This document shows, in pieces, positions 28,708 through 37,350 of a stretch of 64,000 nt of DNA. The position numbers were made by a program, and so were the translations under genes. Location of the stretch: contig JBKPSH010000021.1 in the NCBI GenBank assembly GCA_046734955.1, positions 11,968 to 75,967 of the forward strand, written 5' to 3'. A model generated the notes under the pieces. That model did no database searches, was not told the origin of the DNA, and worked only from the letters and a program-made list of their open reading frames with translations. This stretch comes from Acidobacteriota bacterium (GTDB lineage Bacteria; Acidobacteriota; Vicinamibacteria; Vicinamibacterales; 2-12-FULL-66-21). Positions within the stretch are counted from its first letter, which is position 1, and each line of letters begins with the position of its first letter.

Positions 28708-30185
28708 GCCGGGGTCAGACCAGCGGCGGCGGTGGTAGCGGGCTCAATCAACGAGAGCGAGGCGAGCATGGCCGCCGAAAGGGCCACGAGAACCGCCGCA
28801 ATTGCGTCGTGGTCGCCGGCCATGATCGCGGCCGCGACCAGCAGCGATCCCGCAACCACTGTGTCGAGGACGGCGATTGCCGGAAAGACTCGCGCTCGAT
28901 GTTCCATCAGTGTTTCCGGGTGGACGCGGGAAGCAAAGAACAGATTCAGACGCAGCGCCACCGAGATCGTTGCCACTGTGAGTGACGCGAGAAACAACCT
29001 CGATCCATACGGCCGCCCGACCCAGTGACGGACCGCCCAGAGACATGCGGGTGCCGACGCGTTTAGGAGAGAGACGATGATCTGGTGACCCTGCCACCAC
29101 CAGAAGCTGTCATGCCGCGCGGGAATTGCACTCGAAATTCTCGATCCCTCGAGGGCGCGCAGATCGACGACCAGCGCCTGGGCCGAGGGGTAGCGCTCGG
29201 CAGGAATTCTCCGCATGCACCGCCGGGCGATGCGGTCCAGCCCCGGCAGCGGCAATGCCCGCGAAAGCCCCGGAGTTTTTCCTTCCATCATTTCTGCCAT
29301 CTTCGCAAACACCGACGCGGCATCGGTACCGAACGGATGTTCCCCTGTCGCCAGCTCCCACGCAATTACGCCGAATGCGAAGATATCGGTACGTCCGTCG
29401 ATCTCGGCACCTGGCGTCAATTGTTCCGGCGCCATGTAGCCGGGTGTTCCGAGTAGCGATCCATCCTGAGTGAGCACCGTCGTTTCAGAGCGGGCCGTGA
29501 CACGCGCCAGGCCGAAGTCCAGAATTTTGATCTGTCCATCATCGCGACGAATGATGTTTTCAGGTTTCAGATCGCGGTGGACGATGCCATGCTGGTGCGC
29601 TGATGCGATCGCATCGGCGATGGAAATCAATACCGGAAGCAGTTGTGATGGCGGCAGAGGACCATCACGCAACTCTTCACGCAGCGTTCGACCGCGCACA
29701 AGTTCGGAGATGATGTACAGCTCGCCATTGATTTCTTCGAGATAGTAAATCGTCGCAATCGCGGGATGGGACAATGCCGCAGCCGCTCGCGCCTCACGTG
29801 TGAGCCGTTCGCGGCGCAGCGGGTCGGTTGTGTACTCCGGCGGCAGCGCTTTGAACGCAACCGTGCGGCGCAGTCGCTCGTCTTCGGCGGCATAGACGAC
29901 TCCCATTCCGCCGCGGCCGATTTCCTCGACGATGCGATAGGTGCCGATTCGCTTGCCGACCAGCGAGCCGTCGTCACCAAGGGCAAGCTCGGGGGCGACG
30001 GCCCATGCGGGCTTATCGAGCAATTCAGGCGACTTCTGGTGACTGCTTAATAGTGATTGGACTTCATGCAGCAGCTCAGGGTCGCCTGCTGTGGCGGTCC
30101 GCAGATAGGCTTCCCGCGCCCAAGTGTCCTGTTCGAGTGCGGTGTGGAAAATCTCGTTGACCCGTTGCCAACGCTCCTTATTCAC
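28683..30185 (-). CDS. serine/threonine protein kinase with a C-terminal multi-TM domain
   Basis: 500-aa ORF with a GTG start overlapping the sigma gene stop. Hanks kinase motifs are GRGGMGVVY, HRDLKPEN, DFGLA and GTPGYMAPE. The last codons (GKGKSKR*) are encoded by the CCCTTTT array. Confidence 0.92.
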   Translation of the reverse strand: MNKERWQRVNEIFHTALEQDTWAREAYLRTATAGDPELLHEVQSLLSSHQKSPELLDKPAWAVAPELALGDDGSLVGKRIGTYRIVEEIGRGGMGVVYAAEDERLRRTVAFKALPPEYTTDPLRRERLTREARAAAALSHPAIATIYYLEEINGELYIISELVRGRTLREELRDGPLPPSQLLPVLISIADAIASAHQHGIVHRDLKPENIIRRDDGQIKILDFGLARVTARSETTVLTQDGSLLGTPGYMAPEQLTPGAEIDGRTDIFAFGVIAWELATGEHPFGTDAASVFAKMAEMMEGKTPGLSRALPLPGLDRIARRCMRRIPAERYPSAQALVVDLRALEGSRISSAIPARHDSFWWWQGHQIIVSLLNASAPACLWAVRHWVGRPYGSRLFLASLTVATISVALRLNLFFASRVHPETLMEHRARVFPAIAVLDTVVAGSLLVAAAIMAGDHDAIAAVLVALSAAMLASLSLIEPATTAAAGLTPAGKGKSKR

Positions 30186-30712
30186 GGGTGCGAGTTACCT
30201 TCCAGCTCGCGGGCGAGCCAGGCGGATGCCACCGTCCAGTGACGCTTGACGGTCGCAGGGGAAATCTCCATCGCGTCTGCGGTCTCTTCGACCGTGAGCC
30301 CACCGAAGAACCGCAGCTCGACGAGCCGTGCCTGATCGGGATCGATCGCGGCCAGGCGTTCCAGGGCTTCGTCGAGCGCGAGCAGATCGATCGATTGTTC
30401 GCCGCCAGGCATGAGCCGTTCGTCGAGCGTGACTCGCTGCCGTGCGCCACCGCGCTTCTGCGCGCCGCGCGCACGGGCCCGCTCAATCAGGATTTGCCGC
30501 ATGGAGTGCGCTGCGATGGCGCAGAAGTGCGCCCGGTTCTGCCATCGACCCGGTTTGTCCTTCATCAAGCGGAGATACGCTTCGTGGACGAGGGCGGTGG
30601 GCTGGAGGGTCTGGCCGGGGCGCTCGCGACGCAAGTAGTTCGCCGCGAGCCGCCGCAGCTCCTGATACACAACCGGCAGCAGCGAGTTCACCGACTGCCG
30701 GTCATCTGTCAT
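30182..30712 (-). CDS. ECF-type RNA polymerase sigma factor (kinase-associated type)
   Basis: 176-aa ORF with region 2 ...LQPTALVHEAYLRLM... and region 4 ...RFFGGLTVEETADAMEISPATVKRHW... It is translationally coupled to ppiB upstream (ATGA) and the kinase downstream (GTGA). Confidence 0.88.
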   Translation of the reverse strand: MTDDRQSVNSLLPVVYQELRRLAANYLRRERPGQTLQPTALVHEAYLRLMKDKPGRWQNRAHFCAIAAHSMRQILIERARARGAQKRGGARQRVTLDERLMPGGEQSIDLLALDEALERLAAIDPDQARLVELRFFGGLTVEETADAMEISPATVKRHWTVASAWLARELEGNSHP

Positions 30713-31233
30713 CAGGCAATCCTTTTAATGGTGACGTGATTCATCACGACCGGCTTCACCGGCCGATCCTGAGGGCCCGTCGCCACCGCACCGATGTTCT
30801 TCACGACATCAAGTCCTTCGACCACCTCGCCGAAGACGGTGTGACGATTGTCGAGGTGCGGCGTCGGACCGAGCGTGATAAAGAACTGGCTGCCGTTGGT
30901 ATTCGGGCCGGCGTTGGCCATCGAGAGTATACCTGCGCGATTGTGCCGCAAGGTCGGGTGGAACTCGTCGGCGAAGTTGTAGCCGGGACCGCCGGTCCCG
31001 GTTCCCAATCGATCCCCGCCTTGAATCATGAAGCCGTTGATCACCCGGTGGAAGGTGACACCGTCATAGTAAGCGCCGGTTTGCTTCTTGCCGGTGGCCG
31101 GATCCTTCCACTCCTTCGTCCCTTCCGCAAGGCCGACGAAGTTGGCGACGGTGTTAGGGGCCTCTTTTTCAAACAGGCGAATGGTGAACGAGCCTTGCGT
31201 CGTGTCGAACACCGCGTATGTCCCAGGCTGCAC
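30712..31233 (-). CDS. ppiB: peptidyl-prolyl cis-trans isomerase (cyclophilin type)
   Basis: 173-aa ORF with a GTG start. Motifs are [14 protein letters not shown] and ...[17 protein letters not shown]... Confidence 0.93.
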   Translation of the reverse strand: MQPGTYAVFDTTQGSFTIRLFEKEAPNTVANFVGLAEGTKEWKDPATGKKQTGAYYDGVTFHRVINGFMIQGGDRLGTGTGGPGYNFADEFHPTLRHNRAGILSMANAGPNTNGSQFFITLGPTPHLDNRHTVFGEVVEGLDVVKNIGAVATGPQDRPVKPVVMNHVTIKRIA

Positions 31234-31260
31234 TGGAGTCTCCTTTGATACTGTCCGATG

Positions 31261-31339
31261 CAGTTTCCAGTCTCCGGTTGCCAGTTTCCAGTTCTACACA
31301 CCGCACGACTGGGAACTGGATACTGGGGAACTGGGAACT
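31261..31339. repeat. CAGTTTC-word inverted repeat element
   Basis: The left arm is CAGTTTCCAGTCTCCGGTTGCCAGTTTCCAGTTC, followed by a 13-nt loop, and the right arm is CTGGGAACTGGATACTGGGGAACTGGGAACT. It lies in the divergent ppiB/blaI spacer. Confidence 0.85.
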
Positions 31340-31429
31340 ACGGTCTGCGGCGATTATAGGCCGAGGAAGCCAACAAAAACCGGCGAGGCCGCGTCTAATC
31401 AGCAGTGCCTTCCCCCTGCTGAGCACGTC

Positions 31430-31467
31430 TACGAAAGTTTTCGTTGACACATACGAATGTGTTCGTA
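31430..31467 (+). promoter_or_regulatory. two TACGAA-N4-TTCGTA palindromes bracketing a TTGACA box: candidate BlaI operators and blaI promoter
   Basis: The palindromes are TACGAAAGTTTTCGTT (31430-31445) and TACGAATGTGTTCGTA (31452-31467), with centres 22 nt apart. TTGACA is at 31444-31449, and the blaI ATG is at 31482. Confidence 0.45.
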
Positions 31468-31481
31468 CATAGTCGCCACCT

Positions 31482-31883
31482 ATGAGCAAGCCCCCTCGTC
31501 CCACTGATGCCGAACTCGCGATTCTTCGAGTGCTCTGGCAATACGGCGCCTGCACGGTTCGACAGGTGCACGATGAATTGTCGCGCGAGCGGCCGTCCGC
31601 CTACACCACCGCGCTCAAGATGCTCCAGATCATGACCGAGAAGGGGCTCGTCCGGCGCGACGAAAGCGAGCGCACGCACGTCTATCAGCCCAGGTTGAGC
31701 GAGGAGCAGACGCAACGCCAACTCGTCCGCGACCTTCTGGACCGCGCGTTTGGCGGCTCCGCGTCCAAGCTCGTCATGCAGGCGCTCTCTGCGCGCCGGG
31801 CGACGCAAGAAGAGCTCGGTGAAATCCGAAAACTCATCGAAGCAAGCCGGGAGGGAAGGGAGATCCGCGATGAGCGCGATTGA
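31482..31883 (+). CDS. blaI: BlaI/MecI/CopY family transcriptional repressor
   Basis: 133-aa ORF with a winged-helix N-terminus ...ELAILRVLWQYGACTVRQVHDEL... It lies immediately upstream of, and overlaps, the blaR1-like gene. Confidence 0.9.
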   Translation: MSKPPRPTDAELAILRVLWQYGACTVRQVHDELSRERPSAYTTALKMLQIMTEKGLVRRDESERTHVYQPRLSEEQTQRQLVRDLLDRAFGGSASKLVMQALSARRATQEELGEIRKLIEASREGREIRDERD

Positions 31884-34677
31884 ACAACTGCTGCGCGAGC
31901 CTGCTGCCCAGGCTATTGGCTGGGCGCTTCTCCATTTCATCTGGCAGGGAACGCTGGTCGGAGCGTTGACCGCTCTCGTCGTCGCTTGTCTCCGCAAGGA
32001 CGCGGCCGACGTTCGATACGTTGTCTCCGCAATCGGTCTCTCGTTGATGCTCACCCTTCCGGCGGTTACCGCGGTGCAATTGTGGCGGGCGGCCGCGAAT
32101 CAGCGTTTCGTACCCGTGGCTTCCGGCTTCAGCCGGAAGGACGCGGTTGACTTCCGCCTAAAGGCGGAAGCTACTCCAATGGTGAAAGCTACACCAACGG
32201 CGGAAGCGACAGGCGCAACCGAAATGGGTTCGGCGCCGTCTAGCTCACGACTGGCGGACTCGTTGCGAATCGAGTCGTGGCTCCCGATGCTGGTGTTCGC
32301 CTGGATCTGCGGCGTCCTGATTCTGTCGCTGCGGCTTGTGAGCGGATGGTTGTGGGTGCAGCGGATGAAATCGCATGGCACATCTCCCGTCGAAGATGGG
32401 TGGGATGTCATCGCCGCGCGGCTGTCGCGACGTTTGCACATCGCGCGGACTGTGCGCCTGCTGCGATCGACACTGGTTGAAGTGCCCACGGTGATTGGCT
32501 GGCTCAAGCCCGTCATTCTTCTGCCGGCGAGCGCGCTCTCCGGCTTGAATCCGCATCAACTCGAGGCGATCCTCGCCCACGAATTGGCGCACATCCGGCG
32601 TCACGACTATCTCGTGAATCTGATGCAGACGGTCGTTGAAACATTGCTCTTCTACCATCCAGCCGTATGGTGGCTCTCGCGGCGCATTCGCGCTGAACGC
32701 GAGAACTGCTGCGACGATCTTGCGGTCAACCTGTGTGGCGATCCATTCACTTATGCGCAAGCGCTTGCGGATCTCGAAGGGCTGCGCAGTCCCTCGCGCC
32801 GCTTCGTGATGGCCGCGAACGGCGGATCGCTCGTGCAACGAGTGCGTCGCGTGCTTGGCGCCCCGAGCCACGCAGGGCGCGCTCCCGGCTGGCTTGCCGG
32901 CAGCGCATCCGTGCTCGTGGTGCTGGGTATGACGGTCGGCGCCGCAGGAACCGATGTGTTCCAGGCTGCTCAATCCACCGCGTCGACACCACCCCCCAGT
33001 TCACAGCAGCCAGAAAGGCCCAACGCGGCGACGACCCAGCAGCAGTTGAGGAATGAAGCGCGGGAGATGACCGCTGCTGCACAGCGGATGGCGCACGAGG
33101 CGGAGATGCTTCGCAAATCGGCTGCGGCTGCCAAGGCGCTGCAGGACGCGACGTATCAGGCAACCACGCCATTCCTTGCGGGTCAAACCCTGGAGGCTCG
33201 AGCGTCAGCGCTCACCGAAACCGCACGCAGGATGGCCGCGGACGCGGATTCGAAATTCGCAGCGGCGAGAGCGCAGGATTTGTTTGCCACCACGCGCCCG
33301 GCGCTTTCGGATGATGCCAGTCGCGCGATCGCTGCTTCAGATGCGGCCCGGATCGCGACCACACCAGTCCTTGATCGCTCCCTCGCCGGAGTCACTGCGC
33401 TCGCGTTTGCCTCGTCACAGGCGCACGGAACCTACACCTGGTCGAACAATGGGCAAAAGCTGGAGGTCCGTTACGACGGTGACGTCGAGTTCAGCGACGA
33501 CGATATGGACGTGAAGCGGCTGTCGCCGGGAGGATCACTTCGGATCCGTGATGGCGGGATGATGACGTCGCTCCTCGGCGGCCGCACCGTTGAATTCACG
33601 GCCGACGGTTCAGGCAACATCACACGGCGATTCTGGATCGGATCGTCTGAGCGTCCGTTCGACCCGGAGGGACGCAAGTGGCTATCCTCGGTGCTTCCCC
33701 GGTTCATCAGGCAGACGGGAATCGGTGCGTCGGCGCGCGTTGCCCGTATTCTGAAGGCCAAAGGTCCCGCCGGCGTCCTCGCAGAGATCTCCCTCATTGA
33801 AGGCAGCTGGGCGAAACGAAAGTATTTTACCGAACTGCTGAAGACCGGGTCACTCGACTCCGCGGCGGTCCGTCAGGTTCTCGTGCAGGCAGGCCGCGAG
33901 ATCGATTCTGATTTCGAGTTGGCGTCGCTTCTCAGCGAAAACGCGGGCAGGCTGCTGGTCGACGATGCGTCAGGACAGGCCTATTTCGAGGCGGCTCGAT
34001 CGATCGAGTCTGATTTCGAAATGCGTCGCGTGTTCTCGGCAGTGGTGAAGCAACGAACGCTCTCGCCTGCGCTCCTGGCGTCACTTCTCGCGACCAGCCG
34101 CAACATCGAGTCCGATTTCGAAGAGGCATCATTGCTGATCGACGTGGCGAAACTGCAGCCGCTCGACAACACGACGCGCCCGGCATTTTTCACTGCGCTC
34201 GACACGGTACAAAGCGACTTCGAGCATCGTCGCGTGCTGAGCTCCCTTGGTACGCGCCCGGATCTGCCGCAGGAGACCGTCGCCGCGATGCTGGCATCCG
34301 GTGCGTCAGTCAACTCCGATTTCGAGGCCGCATCCTTCCTCATCCAAATTGCAAAACAGCAACCGATCGAGGGCAACATCCGGGCGCCGTTCTTCAAGGC
34401 CGTCGAATCCATCGACTCCGCGTTTGAACGGGGAAGAGTGTTGAAAGCGGTCGCGGAGCGACCGGACGCCTCTTCGGAAACCATTCTCGCAGTGCTTCAC
34501 GCGACCAAAGGTGTGAGTTCGAATTTCGAAGCATCACAGGTGCTGCTCGCCGTTGCGGCGTCTCATCCAGTGGCTGGTCCTGCGCGTGAGGTGTACATCG
34601 ATGCGGCGGAAAAGCTCGGCGACTTCGAACAGGGTCGTGTGCTCGCGGCGCTGGTGAAGAACGAGAGAAGAAAATAG
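31869..34677 (+). CDS. BlaR1-like M56 family membrane metalloprotease/sensor with a novel C-terminal repeat domain
   Basis: ORF 31750..34677. The start is placed at ATG 31869 (MSAIEQLLREPAAQAIGWALLHFIWQG), which overlaps the blaI stop. The zinc motif is AHELAHIRRHD. The C-terminal ~260 aa consist of about 34-aa SDFE-type repeats. Confidence 0.85.
32120..32170. repeat. REP-like double hairpin embedded in-frame in the blaR1-like CDS
   Basis: CTTCCGGCT-TC-AGCCGGAAG spans 32120-32139 and CTTCCGCC-TAAA-GGCGGAAG spans 32151-32170. The second is identical to 40584-40603. Confidence 0.85.
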
Positions 34678-34679
34678 AA

Positions 34680-34703
34680 ACCGGGAACTGGCAACTGGAA
34701 ACT
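34680..34703. repeat. CAGTTTC-word family, single arm
   Basis: ACCGGGAACTGGCAACTGGAAACTG fills the 26-nt blaR1-ADOP spacer. Confidence 0.7.
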
Positions 34704-37241
34704 GTGATGCTCCGAGACATCCGCCACGCCGCTCGAATGCTGCTCCAGGCCAAGGGTTGGACGACCGTGGTCGTCGTATCGCTCGCCCTCGGCATCGGTG
34801 CCAACACCGCGCTGTTCAGCGCAATCAACGGTCTGCTGCTCAGGACTCTTTCCGTCCGCGATCCCGAGACGCTGGTTCGGCTCCGATGGTCGGGCAAGAA
34901 CGACATGGTGACCAGTTCGAGCGACTATGGTTTCTCCGGCACCGACGAAAACGGGCGCAACATACGCTCCACCTTCTCGTATCCGATGTTCCGTCAGTTC
35001 GTCACCGACAACCGCACGATGACGGATCTTTTCGCGTGCGCGCCATTTGGCCGCGTGAGCGTCGTCGTCGATGGTCAGGCCGACATCGGCAATGCCTTCA
35101 TCTCGACCGGCAATTACTACCGCGTGCTCGGCGTGAACGCTATCCTCGGCCGAACGATTGTGCCCGAAGACGATCAGTCGGACGCGCCACCGGTCGCTGT
35201 ACTAAGCGCCCGCTATTGGCGCTCGCGTTTCGGTAGCGATCCGAAGGCCGTTGGAAAGGTCATCCGAATCAACAACGTGCCCGTCACTGTCGTCGGTGTG
35301 CTCCCGCCCGAGTTCACGGGTATCCAACAGACCGTCCACGATGGATATGACGTCGGAGTGCCGCTCGCGCTGGACGGTCAACTCAGCACCGGGCCTGCGG
35401 AGCAGAGCACGCGCATGAACAAGCCGACCTACTGGTGGCTGCAGGTCATGGGCCGCCTGAAGCCGGGGGCGACCGCGGCACAAGTACATGGGAACCTCGA
35501 AGCGGTGTTCCAGCAGACCGCTCGCGCAGGCCTCAACGAATATCTGACATCGATCTCAGAGAGCGAGCGCGGAACCATGCGCAACCGGAACCGCACCGAG
35601 GTGCCTCGCCTTCGAGTGGATTCCGGCGCCCGCGGTGTGTATGACGTCAATCCCACTGACAAGCGTGCTGTAACCATCCTCAGTGTTGTCGTCATTCTCG
35701 TGTTGCTCATCGTGTGCGCGAACGTCGCGAATCTGCTGCTCTCGCGAGCTACCGCCCGGAGTAAGGAAATCTCGGTCCGGCTTTCTCTTGGTGCGACCCG
35801 GATGCGACTGATTCGGCAGCTGCTGACCGAAAGTCTCTTGCTCGCCTCGCTTGGTGGCGTGCTCGGAGTTATCGTCGGCTACTGGGGACAGCGGCTGCTT
35901 CCAGGACCACCCGGTCAAGCGACGGCGCTCGACTGGCGGATTCTCGCGTTCGTCCTCGCGATCACGGGGCTTACCGGTCTCATCTTTGGGGTGGCCCCGG
36001 CTTTCAGGGCCACGGGTATGAGCGTCAACACGGCGCTCAAAGAGACCAGCCGAAGCGTCGTCGGATCCCGGAGCATGCTGAGTCGATTGCTGCTCATCGT
36101 GCAGGTCGCGATTTCGCTCGTGCTGCTCGTGGGCGCGGGCCTGTTTCTTCGCACGCTGAACAATCTCCGCCACGTCGATGTCGGCTTCAACCCGCAGAAC
36201 CTCGTGCTCTTCCGCGTGAATCCGCAGCTGAATCGCTACGATGAACCGCGCACCCGCAGGCTGTACGACGAACTGGCAGAGAATCTGGCGGCGGCCCCGG
36301 GTATGAAGGCCGTCACGGGATCCAATCCCGCCCTGCTGTCGGGCAGCGTCAACGGTACCGGCATTTACGTCCAAGGCCGAACCTACGCGCCCGACGCAAA
36401 CGTCGATATCAATCGTCTCGTCGTCTTGCCGAACTTTTTCGAGGTCATGGGAATACCGGTCGTGACGGGACGTCGGTTTACGGAACGGGACGACGACAAG
36501 GCACCGAAAGTGGCGATGTTGAACAGCGCCGCGGTGCGGAAGTATTTCCCCGACGAGAATCCCATAGGCCGGCGGTTTGGCTTCAGTCCGGAAGAAAACT
36601 CGACGACGGAAATCGTCGGCATCGTGCGCGACGTGAAGTACAACAGCGTGCGTGACGAAGTCCCGCCCACGATGTACGTGCCGTACCGTCAGACTCGCGG
36701 CGGCGGCGTGATGCTGGAGGTGCGGACTGCTGGCGATCCCGTCACCGCGATGGGCGGCATCCGGGAAGCGGTCCGGCGTATCGATTCAACCCTGCCGATC
36801 ATGGATATGTCGACGCAGATGGAGCAGATCGAACGGCGGTTTCTCCAGGAAAAGCTGTTCGCGCAGGCGAATGCTTTCTTTGGCGGACTCGCGGTGCTGC
36901 TGGCGGCGGTCGGACTCTTCGGGCTGATGTCGTACAGCGTCGCACGGCGCACCAATGAGATCGGCATCCGCATGGCACTAGGCGCTCGAAGTCAGGATGT
37001 GCTGAGACTCGTCATGCGTGAGTCCATGACGCTCGTCATCGTTGGGATCGGGATCGGCCTCGCGGTCGCCCTTGGAGCCAGCCGGCTCGTCAAGACGCTG
37101 CTCTTCGGCCTCGCCCCCACCGATGTCTTCTCGCTGATTGCCGCGATTCTGGTGATGATGGCCGTGTCCGCGTTCGCGGGATACCTGCCCGCACGCCGCG
37201 CATCACGCGTCGATCCGATGGTCGCCTTGCATCAGGAGTGA
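34704..37241 (+). CDS. ADOP-family duplicated MacB/FtsX-type ABC transporter permease
   Basis: 845-aa ORF. The N-terminus MLRDIRHAARMLLQAKGWTTVVVVSLALGIGANTALFS is characteristic of acidobacterial duplicated orphan permeases. There are two FtsX-like TM modules and no adjacent ATPase. Confidence 0.88.
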   Translation: MMLRDIRHAARMLLQAKGWTTVVVVSLALGIGANTALFSAINGLLLRTLSVRDPETLVRLRWSGKNDMVTSSSDYGFSGTDENGRNIRSTFSYPMFRQFVTDNRTMTDLFACAPFGRVSVVVDGQADIGNAFISTGNYYRVLGVNAILGRTIVPEDDQSDAPPVAVLSARYWRSRFGSDPKAVGKVIRINNVPVTVVGVLPPEFTGIQQTVHDGYDVGVPLALDGQLSTGPAEQSTRMNKPTYWWLQVMGRLKPGATAAQVHGNLEAVFQQTARAGLNEYLTSISESERGTMRNRNRTEVPRLRVDSGARGVYDVNPTDKRAVTILSVVVILVLLIVCANVANLLLSRATARSKEISVRLSLGATRMRLIRQLLTESLLLASLGGVLGVIVGYWGQRLLPGPPGQATALDWRILAFVLAITGLTGLIFGVAPAFRATGMSVNTALKETSRSVVGSRSMLSRLLLIVQVAISLVLLVGAGLFLRTLNNLRHVDVGFNPQNLVLFRVNPQLNRYDEPRTRRLYDELAENLAAAPGMKAVTGSNPALLSGSVNGTGIYVQGRTYAPDANVDINRLVVLPNFFEVMGIPVVTGRRFTERDDDKAPKVAMLNSAAVRKYFPDENPIGRRFGFSPEENSTTEIVGIVRDVKYNSVRDEVPPTMYVPYRQTRGGGVMLEVRTAGDPVTAMGGIREAVRRIDSTLPIMDMSTQMEQIERRFLQEKLFAQANAFFGGLAVLLAAVGLFGLMSYSVARRTNEIGIRMALGARSQDVLRLVMRESMTLVIVGIGIGLAVALGASRLVKTLLFGLAPTDVFSLIAAILVMMAVSAFAGYLPARRASRVDPMVALHQE

Positions 37242-37242
37242 A

Positions 37243-37345
37243 CCTGAAATTGCTGATTGCTGAATTCTGATTGCTGAATTCGCCGAACGCGTCCGCGTTC
37301 GGCCTGTTTGTCTTTCAATCAGCAATCAACAATCAGCATTTTCAG
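37243..37345. repeat. TGCTGAT-word inverted tandem-repeat element
   Basis: The left arm CTGAAATTGCTGATTGCTGAATTCTGATTGCTGAATTC and right arm AATCAGCAATCAACAATCAGCATTTTCAG are reverse complements. They lie between convergent genes and enclose a GC hairpin. Confidence 0.9.
37282..37316 (+). terminator. rho-independent terminator nested in the TGCTGAT element
   Basis: GCCGAACGC-GTCC-GCGTTCGGC is a perfect 9-bp stem followed by CTGTTTGTCTTTC. It lies 41 nt after the ADOP permease stop. Confidence 0.7.
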
Positions 37346-37350
37346 ATCCG

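Noticed and set aside
31750-31868. The N-terminal 40-codon extension of the blaR1-like ORF suggested by the track.
   Set aside because: It overlaps the 3' part of blaI in another frame. The conserved BlaR1 N-terminus (MSAIEQLL...IWQG) begins at ATG 31869.
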